In this document: positions 55,124 through 64,000 of the stretch, in pieces
Layout: every line of letters begins with the position of its first letter
Numbering within the stretch: position 1 is the stretch's first letter
Source: a bacterium
Lineage (GTDB): Bacteria; UBA8248
DNA length: 64,000 bases
Direction: 5' to 3'
Assembly: GCA_963692865.2 (NCBI GenBank)
Contig: OY843592.1
Span: 1,920,001-1,984,000, forward strand
Translations under genes and position numbers: made by a program
The notes under the pieces: generated by a model
Databases searched by the model: none
Told to the model about the DNA's origin: nothing
What the model saw: only the letters and a program-made list of their open reading frames with translations

Positions 55124-55403
55124 GTGACTGGCGGCTTGTGTCGCAAACCGGTTTTACCATGAATCTAAATTGCATTTTCGAAGTCAGGCGCCTGCAACTC
55201 GGGAGACATATTACTCGCATCAAGGCGAAAAGGGAAATGCGATTCTGCTTCTGCGGCGATAGCTCCTTGTAAATGAGGGGGATAGAGCGATTCCCTTTCA
55301 TTCTTGCGCAAGTGCGCGGCGCTCTGCTAGAAAGATTTCCGGTGGAAGCCTACGGTTCGAAGTCGCTACGCGCAAGGCGCGATTCTTTCGAGGTGAGCGA
55401 GCG

Positions 55404-56336
55404 GTGGAAGTCTTTGAGGGAGTGGACGCCTATGATTCTGAGGATTCTCCCTCGGTTTTGAGCATCGGGAATTTCGACGGCGTTCATCTCGCGCATCGGG
55501 AGATTTGCCGCTTCATCAATCAAGAGGCCGCCCGGCGCGGCGGCCGGAGCGTCATATTGACGTTCGAGCCGCACCCGCTCTCCGTGGTCGCCCCCGAAAG
55601 GCGGCCTCCTCTCATGACGACCCTGGAAGAGAAGCTGGCCCGCCTGGAAGACCAGAACGTCCACGCCGTGGTGGTACAGAAATTCACGCCCCGTCTCGCG
55701 CAAACCGGGGCGCGGGAGTTCGTGCGGCGGATTATCGGCGAGGGCTTGAAAGCCTCGCTGGTGGCGATCGGCTTCAACTTCCGTTTCGGAAAAGGCCGCA
55801 CGGGGAACGTCGAACTCTTGCAAGACGAAGGAGCGAACGCAGGCTTCGAAACGCACGTGCTGGAGCCGTACATGTTCGAGGGCAGGCGGGTCAGCAGCAC
55901 GGAAATACGAAAACTGCTGCTGGGCGGAGCGGTGGAGGAAGCCGCACGCCTGCTGGGGCAGCATCATATGATAGAAGGGCGTGTGGTTCGCGGCGACGGG
56001 CGGGGCCGCCGGATCGGAATCCCGACGGCCAACGTGGATTACCCGCCCGTCCTGATTCCCGAAAACGGGGTGTACGCCTGCCGGGTGCAGATAGACGGCA
56101 GGGAGGGTCTCCGTTATCCCGCCGTGACGAACATCGGAAACCGCCCCACGTTCGACAAGAAGGAAGTGACCCTCGAAACCCACCTGCTGGATTGGGATGG
56201 GGATTTGTATGAAAAATCCATCCGGGTGGAGTTCGTCTCCCGCCTGCGCGAGGAGAAGAAGTTCTCGGGTCCCGAAGAGCTCGTGCGGCAAATTCGCCTG
56301 GATATCGAAAACGGGCGGAAAAAGTTGAGCGTCTAG
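55404..56336 (+). CDS. ribF: Bifunctional riboflavin kinase/FAD synthetase
   Basis: IGNFDGVHLAH, TFEPHP, SSTEIR, GIPTAN, NIGNRPT. Confidence 0.97.
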   Translation: MEVFEGVDAYDSEDSPSVLSIGNFDGVHLAHREICRFINQEAARRGGRSVILTFEPHPLSVVAPERRPPLMTTLEEKLARLEDQNVHAVVVQKFTPRLAQTGAREFVRRIIGEGLKASLVAIGFNFRFGKGRTGNVELLQDEGANAGFETHVLEPYMFEGRRVSSTEIRKLLLGGAVEEAARLLGQHHMIEGRVVRGDGRGRRIGIPTANVDYPPVLIPENGVYACRVQIDGREGLRYPAVTNIGNRPTFDKKEVTLETHLLDWDGDLYEKSIRVEFVSRLREEKKFSGPEELVRQIRLDIENGRKKLSV

Positions 56337-56959
56337 GCCAGAATCCCCGTCAGCCCGTCGTAGACGAAAAACACCCCGAAGCCCAGCATCACCCAGGCGC
56401 AGCCCTGCTCGATTCTCCTCCACCCGGTTTCGCCGATCATGCGGCTCCCCTGGTTCGACGACCACGTGACGAAAACGGCCCACACGGCGTCCGCCGAAAG
56501 GTGAACGACCGTCATGCCCACGAGACCGGCGAGCCACCCGAATTCGCTCGTTCGCGCGATGAGGCTCGCGCCGATGGTGAGCCACCACAACACCCAGTAG
56601 GGGTTCAGCAACGTGAGCAGGACGCCGCCGGTGATAGAGTTGCATTCCAGGACGCTCTTTTGTTCGGTATCTGAGGGCCGGAAATTCCGGAACACGCCGC
56701 TTCCCAGGTAAATCAGCACGCCCCCGCCCAGCAGGGAGACGCCCTCGCGTATTCCCTGGATCTCGAAGATAGGCTGAAGCCCGGCGTACAAGGCGATGAT
56801 GAGCGGGACTTCGGCCAGGGCGTGGCCGAGGGTCACCCAGGCGCCCGCCCAAGGGCTTTCCCTGCCGCGCGCGATGAGGAACGCCGTGAGCGGCCCGGGC
56901 GACATGACGCCGCTCAGGGAGATGACGGTGATGAATCCGTAAAAGGCGAGCAGGTTCAT
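56333..56959 (-). CDS. LysE-family transporter
   Basis: SPGP, GH..AE, LNPYW..WW; hydrophobic. Confidence 0.85.
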   Translation of the reverse strand: MNLLAFYGFITVISLSGVMSPGPLTAFLIARGRESPWAGAWVTLGHALAEVPLIIALYAGLQPIFEIQGIREGVSLLGGGVLIYLGSGVFRNFRPSDTEQKSVLECNSITGGVLLTLLNPYWVLWWLTIGASLIARTSEFGWLAGLVGMTVVHLSADAVWAVFVTWSSNQGSRMIGETGWRRIEQGCAWVMLGFGVFFVYDGLTGILA

Positions 56960-57201
56960 GAGTTTGGTCGTGTTTCATCGAGCAGGCGGCGCAGCCGATC
57001 GACGTTCAGGTGATACTTGAATACCTTGGTTTTTCCCAGAAAACCGACGGGCGCCTCCTCGCCGTAGAGGCGGGCGAGTTCCGGGTCCGTATCCACGTCG
57101 ACCTCATCAATGGCGAGGTCCGGAAAATGGCGCATCATCGCCTCTTTCGCATCGTCGCATAAATGGCACTCGTTTCGCGTATAGAGCGTAATTTTGGGCA
57201 T
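56956..57201 (-). CDS. Glutaredoxin-like protein (DUF836-type)
   Basis: LYTR..CHLCD.AK, EVDVD.D..L...YG. Confidence 0.85.
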   Translation of the reverse strand: MPKITLYTRNECHLCDDAKEAMMRHFPDLAIDEVDVDTDPELARLYGEEAPVGFLGKTKVFKYHLNVDRLRRLLDETRPNS

Positions 57202-57298
57202 ATCTTCCTGCACTCTTGTCGGGTTCGGATTCTGGGTCGTTACGCCTTCTGCCAACTATATCAAATGACGAGATAGTTTGATTCATCGGCGCGAATCC

Positions 57299-57327
57299 TT
57301 GACAACGCATTCTCCCCCCGATATAGG
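57299..57327 (+). promoter_or_regulatory. Promoter of tRNA-Leu
   Basis: TTGACA-17 bp-TATAGG. Confidence 0.6.
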
Positions 57328-57347
57328 AAATGACTACCAATCTTCTC

Positions 57348-57434
57348 GCCGGAGTGGCGGAACTGGTAGACGCGCTAGATTCAGGTTCTAGTGGGCTTCG
57401 GCTCGTGGAGGTTCAAGTCCTCTCTCCGGCACCA
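57348..57434 (+). tRNA. tRNA-Leu(CAG)
   Basis: GCCGGAG/CTCCGGC acceptor stem, anticodon arm CTAGA-TTCAGGT-TCTAG, long variable arm, GTTCAAGT T-loop, encoded CCA. Confidence 0.97.
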
Positions 57435-57489
57435 ATAAAAATCAAATCGTTCGGGGGAAGGCGCGCCCTTTCCCCGCTCGGGAGGCTTC

Positions 57490-58743
57490 ATGAAGATCGT
57501 CGAGGATAAACTTTCGAACGGGGTTCGCGTCGTGACGGCCGAACGCGCCGAATCGGCGGCCGTGGCGTTCCATATCTATTTCGGTTGCGGCGGCCGCCAT
57601 GAGCGCGACGAAGTGGTGGGCGTCTCCCATGCGCTGGAGCATATGGTCTTCAAGGGCACGCCTTCGAGAACGACGCTCGACATCGCGCGCGAGATGGAAG
57701 GCAACGGCGCGTCCATCAACGCGAACACCGCGCCCGAGCGCACTTGCTATCACTTCACGGCGCCGGCCGATGCGTTCGCCACCGTCCTGGAAGTCTATGC
57801 GGACGCGGTGAACAACTGCCTGCTGGACAAGGACGAGTGGCATCGGGAGCGGATGGTCATCCTCGAAGAATTGAAGATGTATGAGGACATGCCGCGGATC
57901 TGGGTGTCGGACATGCTGGAGACCACGGTCTACAACCTGCAGATGGGCGTCATCGGGGACCGCGATACCATCAACGCGATAGAGCCCGAAGACATGCGTG
58001 AACTGATCGAGAGATGGTACGTTCCCGGCAACACGGTGATCTCCGTGGCGGGCGGCGTGAAGCACGAAGAGGTGGTGGCGCTCTCCGAGCAGTACTTCGG
58101 GGAGCGAAGCGGAAGCCGAGAGAAGCCCCGGTCCCCGGGATTGCCGGGGGAGAGCAAGGCCAAAATCGTGGATCAGGCCCGCCAGACGGATCAGGTGAAC
58201 CTCGCGCTCGGCTTCCGCGCCTTCGGCCTGAATCACGAAGACGCGGCCCCCCTCCGGGTGATGTGCAACATACTGGGCGGAAAGATGAGCAGCAGGCTGT
58301 TCACCGAAGTGCGCGAGAAGCGGGGGCTCGCCTACAGCGTGGGCGCCGCGCCGCATCGCTACACCGATACCGGCATGGTGGAGCTCAAGGCGGGCGTGGC
58401 GCTCGAAAAGGCGGTGGAGGCGACCGAGGTGATGCTCTCCGAAACGGGAAAGTTCAAAAGCGAACCCGTTACAGAGGATGAACTCGCCGAAGCGAAACGA
58501 TACATCAAGGGAAATATCCAGATACGCGAGAGTTCGGAATATCACGCGGGCCGAAACGGCTCGAACCTCATGCTCAGGGGCAGGGTGTACTCCGTGGAGG
58601 AGGAATTGGCCGAAGTCGACTCCGTGGACGAGGAGGACATTCAGCGCGTGGCGGGCGCAGTCTTTCAGGAAGAGGGACTCACGGCCGCCGTCATCGCGGA
58701 GCGCGAACTCGGCTCCGAACTCGAAGCGGTCCTCAAGATTTAG
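57490..58743 (+). CDS. M16 family zinc peptidase
   Basis: HALEHMVFKGT (HxxEH), SSRLF.EVREKRGLAY. Confidence 0.95.
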   Translation: MKIVEDKLSNGVRVVTAERAESAAVAFHIYFGCGGRHERDEVVGVSHALEHMVFKGTPSRTTLDIAREMEGNGASINANTAPERTCYHFTAPADAFATVLEVYADAVNNCLLDKDEWHRERMVILEELKMYEDMPRIWVSDMLETTVYNLQMGVIGDRDTINAIEPEDMRELIERWYVPGNTVISVAGGVKHEEVVALSEQYFGERSGSREKPRSPGLPGESKAKIVDQARQTDQVNLALGFRAFGLNHEDAAPLRVMCNILGGKMSSRLFTEVREKRGLAYSVGAAPHRYTDTGMVELKAGVALEKAVEATEVMLSETGKFKSEPVTEDELAEAKRYIKGNIQIRESSEYHAGRNGSNLMLRGRVYSVEEELAEVDSVDEEDIQRVAGAVFQEEGLTAAVIAERELGSELEAVLKI

Positions 58744-58768
58744 TTTTCTGCGTCTTTTACCGGAAAAG

Positions 58769-60649
58769 CTAGCGAGCCGCCCCTTCCACCGCCGGTCGGG
58801 GGCTGCTGAGCAGGATGACGGTTCGCCTGTTCTTGGCGCGGCCTTCTTCGGAGTCGTTGCTCGCCACGGGACGGTAAAACGAATGTCCCGTCGCCGACAT
58901 GCGCGCGGGCGATATGTTTTTCGATTCCAGAAACTTGACGATGGCGACGGCGCGCGCGAACGAGAGTTCCCAGTTCGAGGGATAGAGGTCAAGCAGATTG
59001 TTTTTGATCGGCTGATCGTCGGTGTGCCCTTCGATGCGGATCATCTTGTCTTTTTGTTTCTGGAGAAAATCCGCGATGTTTGAAAGCGTCTCGAAACTTT
59101 TTTCCCTGAGCGTGGCGCTGCCGGAATCGAACAAGAGGCTGTTCACGATGGTCACGCGGAGTTGGTCCTTCGTCTGCTCCAGATTGACGGTCTGTTTTTT
59201 CAGTTGGGCGTCCAGCTGGCTCAGGTCCGCTTCCAGCCTTTTGGCCCGTTCGGCCTCCTCAAGCGCTCTTTTCTCCAGCACTTTCGAGCGCGCGATCGCC
59301 AGCGTGTGTTTTTTGATCGTTTCCGCCAGGCTCAGGTTCGTCTGATCCAGCTTGTTCTTGATGAGCTCGGCCACGGAAGTTTTCTCGGCGATGAGTTGGC
59401 TCATCTCCTGAATCTGCGCCTGTTGAAGCTCCCTGGATTTCGTAAGGCGTCCCACCTCTTCGGCTCTTATTCTCGCGAGTTCGGCGTTTCGCGCGCTTGC
59501 TTTTTCAGCCTTCGCCCGGTTTTTGCGCTCGTTATCGAGGGATGTGCGGATTTGATTGAGCGAGAGTTGGAGGTTTTGCGCTTTCGTTTTCTCGCGCGCC
59601 ATGCCGGCGTTTTTCTCCGCAATCAGCCGCCCCATTTCCTGAACCTGGGTTTTGAGGAGCGCTCTTGAATTTTGAAGGCGTTTCAATTCTTCGGCCTGGT
59701 TTCTCGCAAGCATTGCGTCTTGCGCATTCGCTTTTGCCGCCTTGGCGTTCGACTTTCGTGAGTTTGCTTTTTTCCGCGCGGAAGCGATAAGTTTGTCCAC
59801 CCTCTGAAGCTGGGCTTCAAGTGATCCCTGAAATCTTTCGAGGCGCTTTATCTCTTTGACTTGAGTCGCCGCGAGTTCGAGGCTTTGTTTGGTTAATTTT
59901 TCGACCAGCGACTGTGTTTTGCGGTCGCTCTTGAGGTTCGCCTGGATTTGTTTGAGGGTGGTTTCAAATTTTCGCGCCTTTGCTTTTTCCTGATCGATAG
60001 CGGCGTTTTTCTCCTCGATGAGCCGGCTCGTCTCTTTGGCCTGCGCTTCGAGGTTCTTTATCGCTTCGGCCCGGCCTGCGGCGAGTTCGATGTTTTGCGT
60101 ATTCGCTTTTTCCGCCTCGGCGCGCGCCTTGCGCTCGTTGTCGAGGGAGCCGCTGAGGATGTCGAGCGTAACCTTGAGATTTCGGACTTTGGCTTTTTCC
60201 TGCTTCATGCCGGCGTTTTTCTCTGTGATTAGTCGGCTCGCTTCTTTGGCCTGTGCTTCCAGGCGCTTTATCTCTTCGGCGCGCGCCTTGCGCTCGTTAT
60301 CGAGGGTAGTCTGGTTTTCTTCGAGAGCGGTCGCGAGGGCTAGAAGTTTGGTTTTTTCCTGCAGGATAGCCGCGTTTTTCTCCTCGACGAGCCGGCTCAA
60401 CTCTTCCATCCGCGTCTGCGCAGAGGAACTCACGTTTTTGAACCGCGACTCCAGGTCCTTCATCTTTTGATCCAGGTTTTTGAAACGGAGGATGTCGCTT
60501 TTGAGCTTTGCGGTGCTCTCTTTTTCCTTCGAGAGCTCGGTCTCTCGTTGTTGGAGCAGACTTTTCGTCGTTTGTGTTTGCTGGGCGAAGTATCCTGTTC
60601 CGGCGAGAAGGACTGCGATAATCGCCCCTATGGAGATCCGAAGACCCAA
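58769..60649 (-). CDS. Membrane-anchored long coiled-coil protein with C-terminal OmpA/MotB peptidoglycan-binding domain
   Basis: N-terminal TM, ~470 aa helical repeats, LFDSGSA..IEGHTD..SNWELSFARA..NRR. Confidence 0.88.
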   Translation of the reverse strand: MGLRISIGAIIAVLLAGTGYFAQQTQTTKSLLQQRETELSKEKESTAKLKSDILRFKNLDQKMKDLESRFKNVSSSAQTRMEELSRLVEEKNAAILQEKTKLLALATALEENQTTLDNERKARAEEIKRLEAQAKEASRLITEKNAGMKQEKAKVRNLKVTLDILSGSLDNERKARAEAEKANTQNIELAAGRAEAIKNLEAQAKETSRLIEEKNAAIDQEKAKARKFETTLKQIQANLKSDRKTQSLVEKLTKQSLELAATQVKEIKRLERFQGSLEAQLQRVDKLIASARKKANSRKSNAKAAKANAQDAMLARNQAEELKRLQNSRALLKTQVQEMGRLIAEKNAGMAREKTKAQNLQLSLNQIRTSLDNERKNRAKAEKASARNAELARIRAEEVGRLTKSRELQQAQIQEMSQLIAEKTSVAELIKNKLDQTNLSLAETIKKHTLAIARSKVLEKRALEEAERAKRLEADLSQLDAQLKKQTVNLEQTKDQLRVTIVNSLLFDSGSATLREKSFETLSNIADFLQKQKDKMIRIEGHTDDQPIKNNLLDLYPSNWELSFARAVAIVKFLESKNISPARMSATGHSFYRPVASNDSEEGRAKNRRTVILLSSPRPAVEGAAR

Positions 60650-60808
60650 GGCTATTCTCCTGCGAGGGCGATGGTGGGTGTTGCGTCTTTCATAATTCCA
60701 ATTATATCACTCATTGCAGGGAAATTGAACAAGTGGACGCAATACGTTGCCACTATGACAAAGCCGGGGCCCGGGCCCCGGCTTCGTGGATGGATACGTT
60801 CGCCTTGC

Positions 60809-61519
60809 TCATTCGCGAGACGCGCCCAGCAGATGCGTGAGGTAGATGAACATCATGATGAAATCGAGATAGAGTTCGAGCGCCGCCATGATGGAGGCGC
60901 GCCTGCCCGTTTCGTTGTCCGTGTCCTGGGAGTAGGCGTATTCCTTCATCTTCTGGGTGTCATAGGCGGTCAGGCCCGCAAAGATGAGAACGCCCAGGAC
61001 GCTGATGGCGAAGTGGACGGCGGAACTGCCCACGAAGATGTTGACGACGCTGGCGAGGATGATGCCGATGAGACCCACCATGCAGAAGTTGCCCACGCCC
61101 GATAAATCTTTTTTCGTCACGAACGCGAAGAGGGTCAATCCGCCGAACGCGCCGCCGGTGACGAAAAACGCCTGGGCTACGGAGGTGAGCGTGTAGCGCA
61201 GGAGCAGGGTGGAAACGGTGACGCCCAGCGTGGCGCTGTAGAGCAGGAACAAGAGCGCGCCCGCTTGCCAGCCTTTGCTGCGCATCACGGGTCTGATCGA
61301 GAAAACCAGCGCGAGTTGAACGCCGATGACCAGAAATACCGAGATGGAGCTTCCAAAAATGAACTGGATGGCGGCGGGGCTGGATGCGACGTAGAGCGCG
61401 CTGAAACCCGTAATAAAAAGCCCGAGTGTCATCCATCCGTAGACGCGCTGCATGAACGCGGCGGCGTCTTGCGCGATGACGCGTTGCCCGGTCGAGCGGG
61501 TGAAGTCTTGAGAGCGCAT
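60809..61519 (-). CDS. Bax inhibitor-1/YccA family membrane protein
   Basis: VYGWM, TKKDLS, GLTAYDTQK, ALELYLDF. Confidence 0.93.
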   Translation of the reverse strand: MRSQDFTRSTGQRVIAQDAAAFMQRVYGWMTLGLFITGFSALYVASSPAAIQFIFGSSISVFLVIGVQLALVFSIRPVMRSKGWQAGALLFLLYSATLGVTVSTLLLRYTLTSVAQAFFVTGGAFGGLTLFAFVTKKDLSGVGNFCMVGLIGIILASVVNIFVGSSAVHFAISVLGVLIFAGLTAYDTQKMKEYAYSQDTDNETGRRASIMAALELYLDFIMMFIYLTHLLGASRE

Positions 61520-61737
61520 TTGAGAAATCCTCCTGGATTGTCCAATCGTTCGTATCTTGGGCGAAGCGGCCAAAGTTTATTCAGGCTTCAGTAAATTCTC
61601 ATATCCTCTACTTTAGAGGATATCACCATACACTCGCTAATATATCCCATTTGATGAATGTTTCAAGACCCGAAAATGTGGTTTCTTGTGACGGCGCCAT
61701 ATACAGCCCTCGAGAAACATCCGTGCGGGCGCACTGG

Positions 61738-61777
61738 TTGACTTGGATTGTAAGGCTCCATATAATTAGGCCCCATA
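61738..61777 (+). promoter_or_regulatory. Promoter and tandem operator of the MarR operon
   Basis: TTGACT-17 bp-TATAAT; pseudo-palindromes TAAGGCTCCATA (61751-61762) and TTAGGCCCCATA (61766-61777). Confidence 0.75.
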
Positions 61778-61799
61778 GCATTTATTTTCGGAGAAATCC

Positions 61800-62342
61800 A
61801 TGTTCTACATGAAAGAACTGCCCAGCGAGGAAGATTTCAGGCCCCTCGTGCCGGAGTATTCCTCTCTGGATACTTCTTCGGTCATGCTTTTTTATCTTTT
61901 CTTGCAGGTCGGCAGCGACATGCTCACCGCCTTCGAGACTTATCTGGCCGATCACGGCGTATCGCAGGGCAGGTTTATCGTTTTATTGTTGCTGCTGCGC
62001 TCACAAATGAGAAACAACGACTCGGGCCTCAGTCCGTCGGAGTTGGCCGGGCAGGCCGGGGTCACCCGCGCGACGATGACCGGGTTGATGAAGGGCCTGC
62101 AACGCGACGGACTCATCGAGCGTTTCGGCAACAACGATGACGGTAGAAAGATCATCGTGCGTCTGACGCCCAGGGGAAAAGAGAGCCTGAACGCCATTTT
62201 CCCCGATTATTACTCGCGAATTGCGGAACTCATGAATGACTTGGAGGACGATGAAAGGGAGAAACTCTCCATGCTCCTCCATAAAGTGAAGAAAAAAATG
62301 AATTCATCGAAACAGGCGCCGGCCGCCGGCGCCCGAGGATGA
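61800..62342 (+). CDS. MarR family transcriptional regulator
   Basis: SPSELA..GVTRATMT, GLIER, DGR...VRLT..G. Confidence 0.93.
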   Translation: MFYMKELPSEEDFRPLVPEYSSLDTSSVMLFYLFLQVGSDMLTAFETYLADHGVSQGRFIVLLLLLRSQMRNNDSGLSPSELAGQAGVTRATMTGLMKGLQRDGLIERFGNNDDGRKIIVRLTPRGKESLNAIFPDYYSRIAELMNDLEDDEREKLSMLLHKVKKKMNSSKQAPAAGARG

Positions 62343-62375
62343 AACAAACCTCTGTCGAGGAAGGAGAACAAGGCG

Positions 62376-63620
62376 ATGGCGAAACCCAAAGTGATCATCC
62401 AGCTATACCCCATGCTGCCGACGGAAAGCCGGGAGGAGCGAGAGCAGAAAAGGCCCCTGGCGAGGGACAAGGATCTGTATCATCACGTGCTTCACGAATG
62501 GGTTGACATCGTGAAAGCCGCCGACGAGATGGGCGTTTGGGGCATCAGCACCATCGAGCACCACCTGCATTCGGAGGGTTACGAGGTAGGCCCCAACCCG
62601 GGCGTTCTCAACTCGTGGTGGGCCGCTCATGTGAAAAACGCGCGGGTCGGCGCGCTCGGTTACGTCATGGCGACGCAAGATCCGATTCGCGTGGCCGAGG
62701 AGACGGCCATCCTCGACCACATCACCAAGGGCAAGTTCTTCTGTGGCCTGGCGCGCGGGTATCAGTCGAGATGGTCGAACGTCCTGGGGCAGTTCAGCGA
62801 CACCCGGGCCACCGTCTCCGACGCCCTCGGCGGGGCCGACGACGTGAAGAACCGCGACATCTTCGAAGAGCGCGTCGAGATGCTGCTGAAATTCTGGCAG
62901 GAAGATTCGGTGGAAGTGAAGGGGAATTACTACGAGATTCCCTACCCGTATGAGGACGGCATCGATTACCCGGCCTGGAAGAGCGCCCGGGACGCGGGCG
63001 CAATCGGCGAGATCGGCGACGACAATCGGGTGCGAAGGGTGAGCGTCGTGCCGAAACCCTATCAGGAGCCTTATCCGCCCGTGTTCCAGGCCGTGAGCGC
63101 GAGCCCGGATTCCATCAAATTCGCCGCGAGAAACGGGTTCCGGCCCGTGTATTTCACCAAGCTGGAAAAGATGGAGGAATTCTCGCACCTCTACGTTGAG
63201 GAAGCAGCAAAGGCGGGACACAACTTCGCGCATGGCGAGCGGCAGTGCGTCTGCCGGTGGATCCATGTGACGGACACCGAAGAGGAGTACGACGAGAAGC
63301 TCAGGAAATACGATCAGGACATCTACCAGAACTTCTACGTGCCATTCTTCCCCCAGTTCCCGGACGATACGGAGAGCATCGACTGGATTCAGAACATCAA
63401 GGAAAGCGGCATCTTCCTGGGCGGTCCGGTGGACAAGCTCAAGCGCGAGTGGGAGGAAACGTATGAGAAAGTGCCTTCGGAGTTCATCACTCTCATCTGG
63501 CACTACGCGCAATGCCCCAAGGAAGAGGTGATTTACGAGTTGGAGACGTTCATGACGAAGATATGGCCCGACCTCGAATGTCCGGTGTCGAACGGCGTCA
63601 CGGTGGGCGGCGTCGCCTGA
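62376..63620 (+). CDS. LLM-class (luciferase-like) flavin-dependent oxidoreductase
   Basis: EHH.HSEG, DPIRVAEE.A.LDH, GLARGYQ, PKPYQ.P.PP. Confidence 0.9.
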   Translation: MAKPKVIIQLYPMLPTESREEREQKRPLARDKDLYHHVLHEWVDIVKAADEMGVWGISTIEHHLHSEGYEVGPNPGVLNSWWAAHVKNARVGALGYVMATQDPIRVAEETAILDHITKGKFFCGLARGYQSRWSNVLGQFSDTRATVSDALGGADDVKNRDIFEERVEMLLKFWQEDSVEVKGNYYEIPYPYEDGIDYPAWKSARDAGAIGEIGDDNRVRRVSVVPKPYQEPYPPVFQAVSASPDSIKFAARNGFRPVYFTKLEKMEEFSHLYVEEAAKAGHNFAHGERQCVCRWIHVTDTEEEYDEKLRKYDQDIYQNFYVPFFPQFPDDTESIDWIQNIKESGIFLGGPVDKLKREWEETYEKVPSEFITLIWHYAQCPKEEVIYELETFMTKIWPDLECPVSNGVTVGGVA

Positions 63621-63634
63621 TTTTTGTTTGCGAT

Positions 63635-63666
63635 GAAGCCCCCGCATCCACGCGCGGGGGTTTTTC
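63635..63666 (+). terminator. Hairpin/terminator between LLM and cyclase genes
   Basis: AAGCCCCCGC-loop-GCGGGGGTTTTT. Confidence 0.55.
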
Positions 63667-63690
63667 GGATTGTTTTACGAGGAGACGAGC

Positions 63691-64000
63691 ATGTATGAGA
63701 TCATCGATCTGAGCCAGGAGATCTACACCGGCGCGCCCAGGTTTCCCGGGCATCCGGCCACCGAAATAGAGTACGTCGCCCGGCACGAGGACGCGGCCAA
63801 TGCGCCGATCAAACCCAAGGACATCACGTATGCGGCCATGATGCTCCACATGTGCGATCACGGGCCGACGCATACCGATTCGGTCAGCCACATCGACGAG
63901 CGCGAAACGGCGCCCAATATCGATCAGGCGCCGCTGGAGTGGTTCATCACCCGGGCGATTGCGCTCGATTTCACGGGCAAGGTGGAGCCGATGGAGGAGA
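63691..64000 (+). CDS. Cyclase/kynurenine formamidase family protein (partial)
   Basis: Hand translation MYEIIDLSQEI...PGHP...HGPTHTDSVSH; RBS GAGGAG; runs off the edge. Confidence 0.85.
   Translation, partial: MYEIIDLSQEIYTGAPRFPGHPATEIEYVARHEDAANAPIKPKDITYAAMMLHMCDHGPTHTDSVSHIDERETAPNIDQAPLEWFITRAIALDFTGKVEPMEE

Noticed and set aside
57434-60649. Integrative element at tRNA-Leu
   Set aside because: No integrase and no duplicated tRNA 3' end were found

Overview
GC-rich bacterial chromosome segment, mostly housekeeping genes: mutL, guaBA, dnaE-lipB-exbBD, rplM-rpsI-argCJ, rpsB-tsf-pyrH-frr-uppS-cdsA-dxr-pgpA-cinA-thpR-recA, def-fmt-rsmB-PASTA-rpe, ffh-rpsP-rimM-trmD-rplS, rnhB-yraN, valS-birA-coaX, tolC-ruvX-mltG, ribF and tRNA-Leu. 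The lineage cannot be fixed from sequence alone. The most unusual content is non-coding. Five intergenic loci are patchworks of different REP-like palindrome families, each bracketed by inward-facing ~18-bp terminal inverted repeats (GGGCTGTTGAAAAA...TTTTTCAACAGCCC). Three of the five have 6-7-bp flanking direct repeats, so they look like non-autonomous mobile cassettes with variable repeat cargo. One cassette contains a complete IS110-family (IS1111-type) element. Its downstream non-coding region reads as a bridge/seek RNA: one loop matches the repeat it inserted into and the other matches its own circle junction. An empty copy of the target lies at ~51.6 kb. Other points of interest are a RomR/PopZ-like pseudo-receiver beside valS, a structured guaB leader, a tandem Cache-repeat exported protein and a long coiled-coil OmpA/MotB-domain protein. 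Folding and family assignments were made by eye, not computed.
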